From Hormiphora californensis (Eukaryota > Animalia > Ctenophora), in contig CM035354.1 of assembly GCA_020137815.1 (NCBI GenBank), forward strand, positions 3,410,001 through 3,474,000: DNA of 64,000 nt, in the 5' to 3' direction. The position numbers were made by a program, and so were the translations under genes. The notes under the pieces were generated by a model. It did not search any database and was not told the DNA's origin. It saw nothing but the letters and a program-made list of their open reading frames with translations. Positions 62,954 to 64,000 of the stretch are shown here, piece after piece (position 1 is the stretch's first letter; each line of letters opens with the position of its first letter).

Positions 62954-63860
62954 CTAAGAAGGGAAGTTAAAATTAAACGTGCAATTAACGAATCGGGCCG
63001 AGCCTTGTTTCAGCACACACATAATGTCTCTGATCTCTGTGTGCACGATACCTCCACTACTGTTCTCGATGGTCCGACTGACAAAGTCCGTGTATTCCAT
63101 CCTCTCCTGTTTCTGGGAACTGTCACTACCGCTTGTAATGTTGATAGTACAATCCTAGGAGAGAGAGGAGGGGGGTTAGAAATAAGAAAGATGTCAGGAA
63201 GGGGTTGGAAAGGGAGGGGTTAGGAAGATGGGGACTCAAAATTAACTTCAGAATAGCCGGGACTGAGTATGATTATTATCATGTATCTACTCGGTTTCGT
63301 CTAACTTCTAATTAGATACAGTCGAGAGATCAAAGATTTATTGTCACTATAGGAAGCAGCAATTAATTAGATTGGCCCAAGATTCAAGAAGGAAACCCTA
63401 AATTCCAGACATCATGAAACCCAAAACGTCGCGACTAATTTTGGCGCCAACTTCTCTCCCGATTTATTAACACATTGTAATTGGCTCCAGGTCTAATTTG
63501 TAAGAAGTCATGGTAATGCTGGGCAGTTGGTGGCTGTCCTTTGATCTTACAGCTCGCCCCAGAAACCCCCCAATATTCCCATTTCCCAGAATTGAGAAGC
63601 CAACTATCGGTTCCAGCAGAAGGCATACCGCCCTGACACCGGATGCCAGGCCTAGATTCTAGACTGGTGTGTAAACGTGTAGCCCGACCTAAACCTAAAT
63701 CCCAGGATACAATTAATAAAATTCAACCGCCTTCAAAAAATACTCCATACCTGGATGACACTATCATCAGCATTATCGGCAGGTTGAACTGAGGAGGAAT
63801 CAGGAAGTACTTGGTAATCCATTTTAGCCTGTTCTACACTTCTCACTGGGCCACCAGACC
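62954..63860 (-). CDS. 3' exons of an unknown gene continuing beyond the window
   Basis: Exons ~63860-63751 and 63155-62954 join in phase 0 (..ADDSVIQ|DCTINITSG...GSARFVNCTFNFNFPS*) with good splice signals. Confidence 0.6.
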
Positions 63861-64000
63861 CTGTAAAAACGTGGTGTGAGTAAGGGGTTACTCAACAAGT
63901 ATGGGGTGAGTGAATAAAACAAGACAACATTTAGTTGTTCATAACCATAAATCATTTTCATCACGTGGAGATCATGATGCTATTGACACAGTGACACACT

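Overview
Gene-dense, intron-rich animal (eukaryotic) genomic DNA. The short GT-AG introns with strong CTAAC branch points and C-rich pyrimidine tracts, abundant (CT)n microsatellites, nested genes and operon-like spacing fit a ctenophore (inference, not proven). In order: a fibronectin-III single-pass receptor (+); a ~23 kb gene for a ~28-Sushi/CCP-domain single-pass receptor (+) whose introns hold a complete same-strand orphan GPCR and a complete antisense glutaminase; an unknown gene (-); a tightly packed co-oriented cluster RPS20-RPL17-RPL13A-MRPS18B-like (-) head-to-head with Pol I subunit RPA43 (+); UBA1 (+); a second co-oriented run CHMP3-SANBR-BTB-like-ORF (-); and the 3' end of another gene. 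Nearly every gene has a splice acceptor 0-25 nt before its ATG, and it is almost always TAG. This points to polycistronic transcription resolved by spliced-leader trans-splicing, the most interesting system here. There are also several MITE-like palindromes, a tRNA-like head inside a near-perfect inverted repeat, retroelement remnants and candidate snoRNAs. Exon boundaries were read by eye and may be off by a few nt; local assembly errors are likely.
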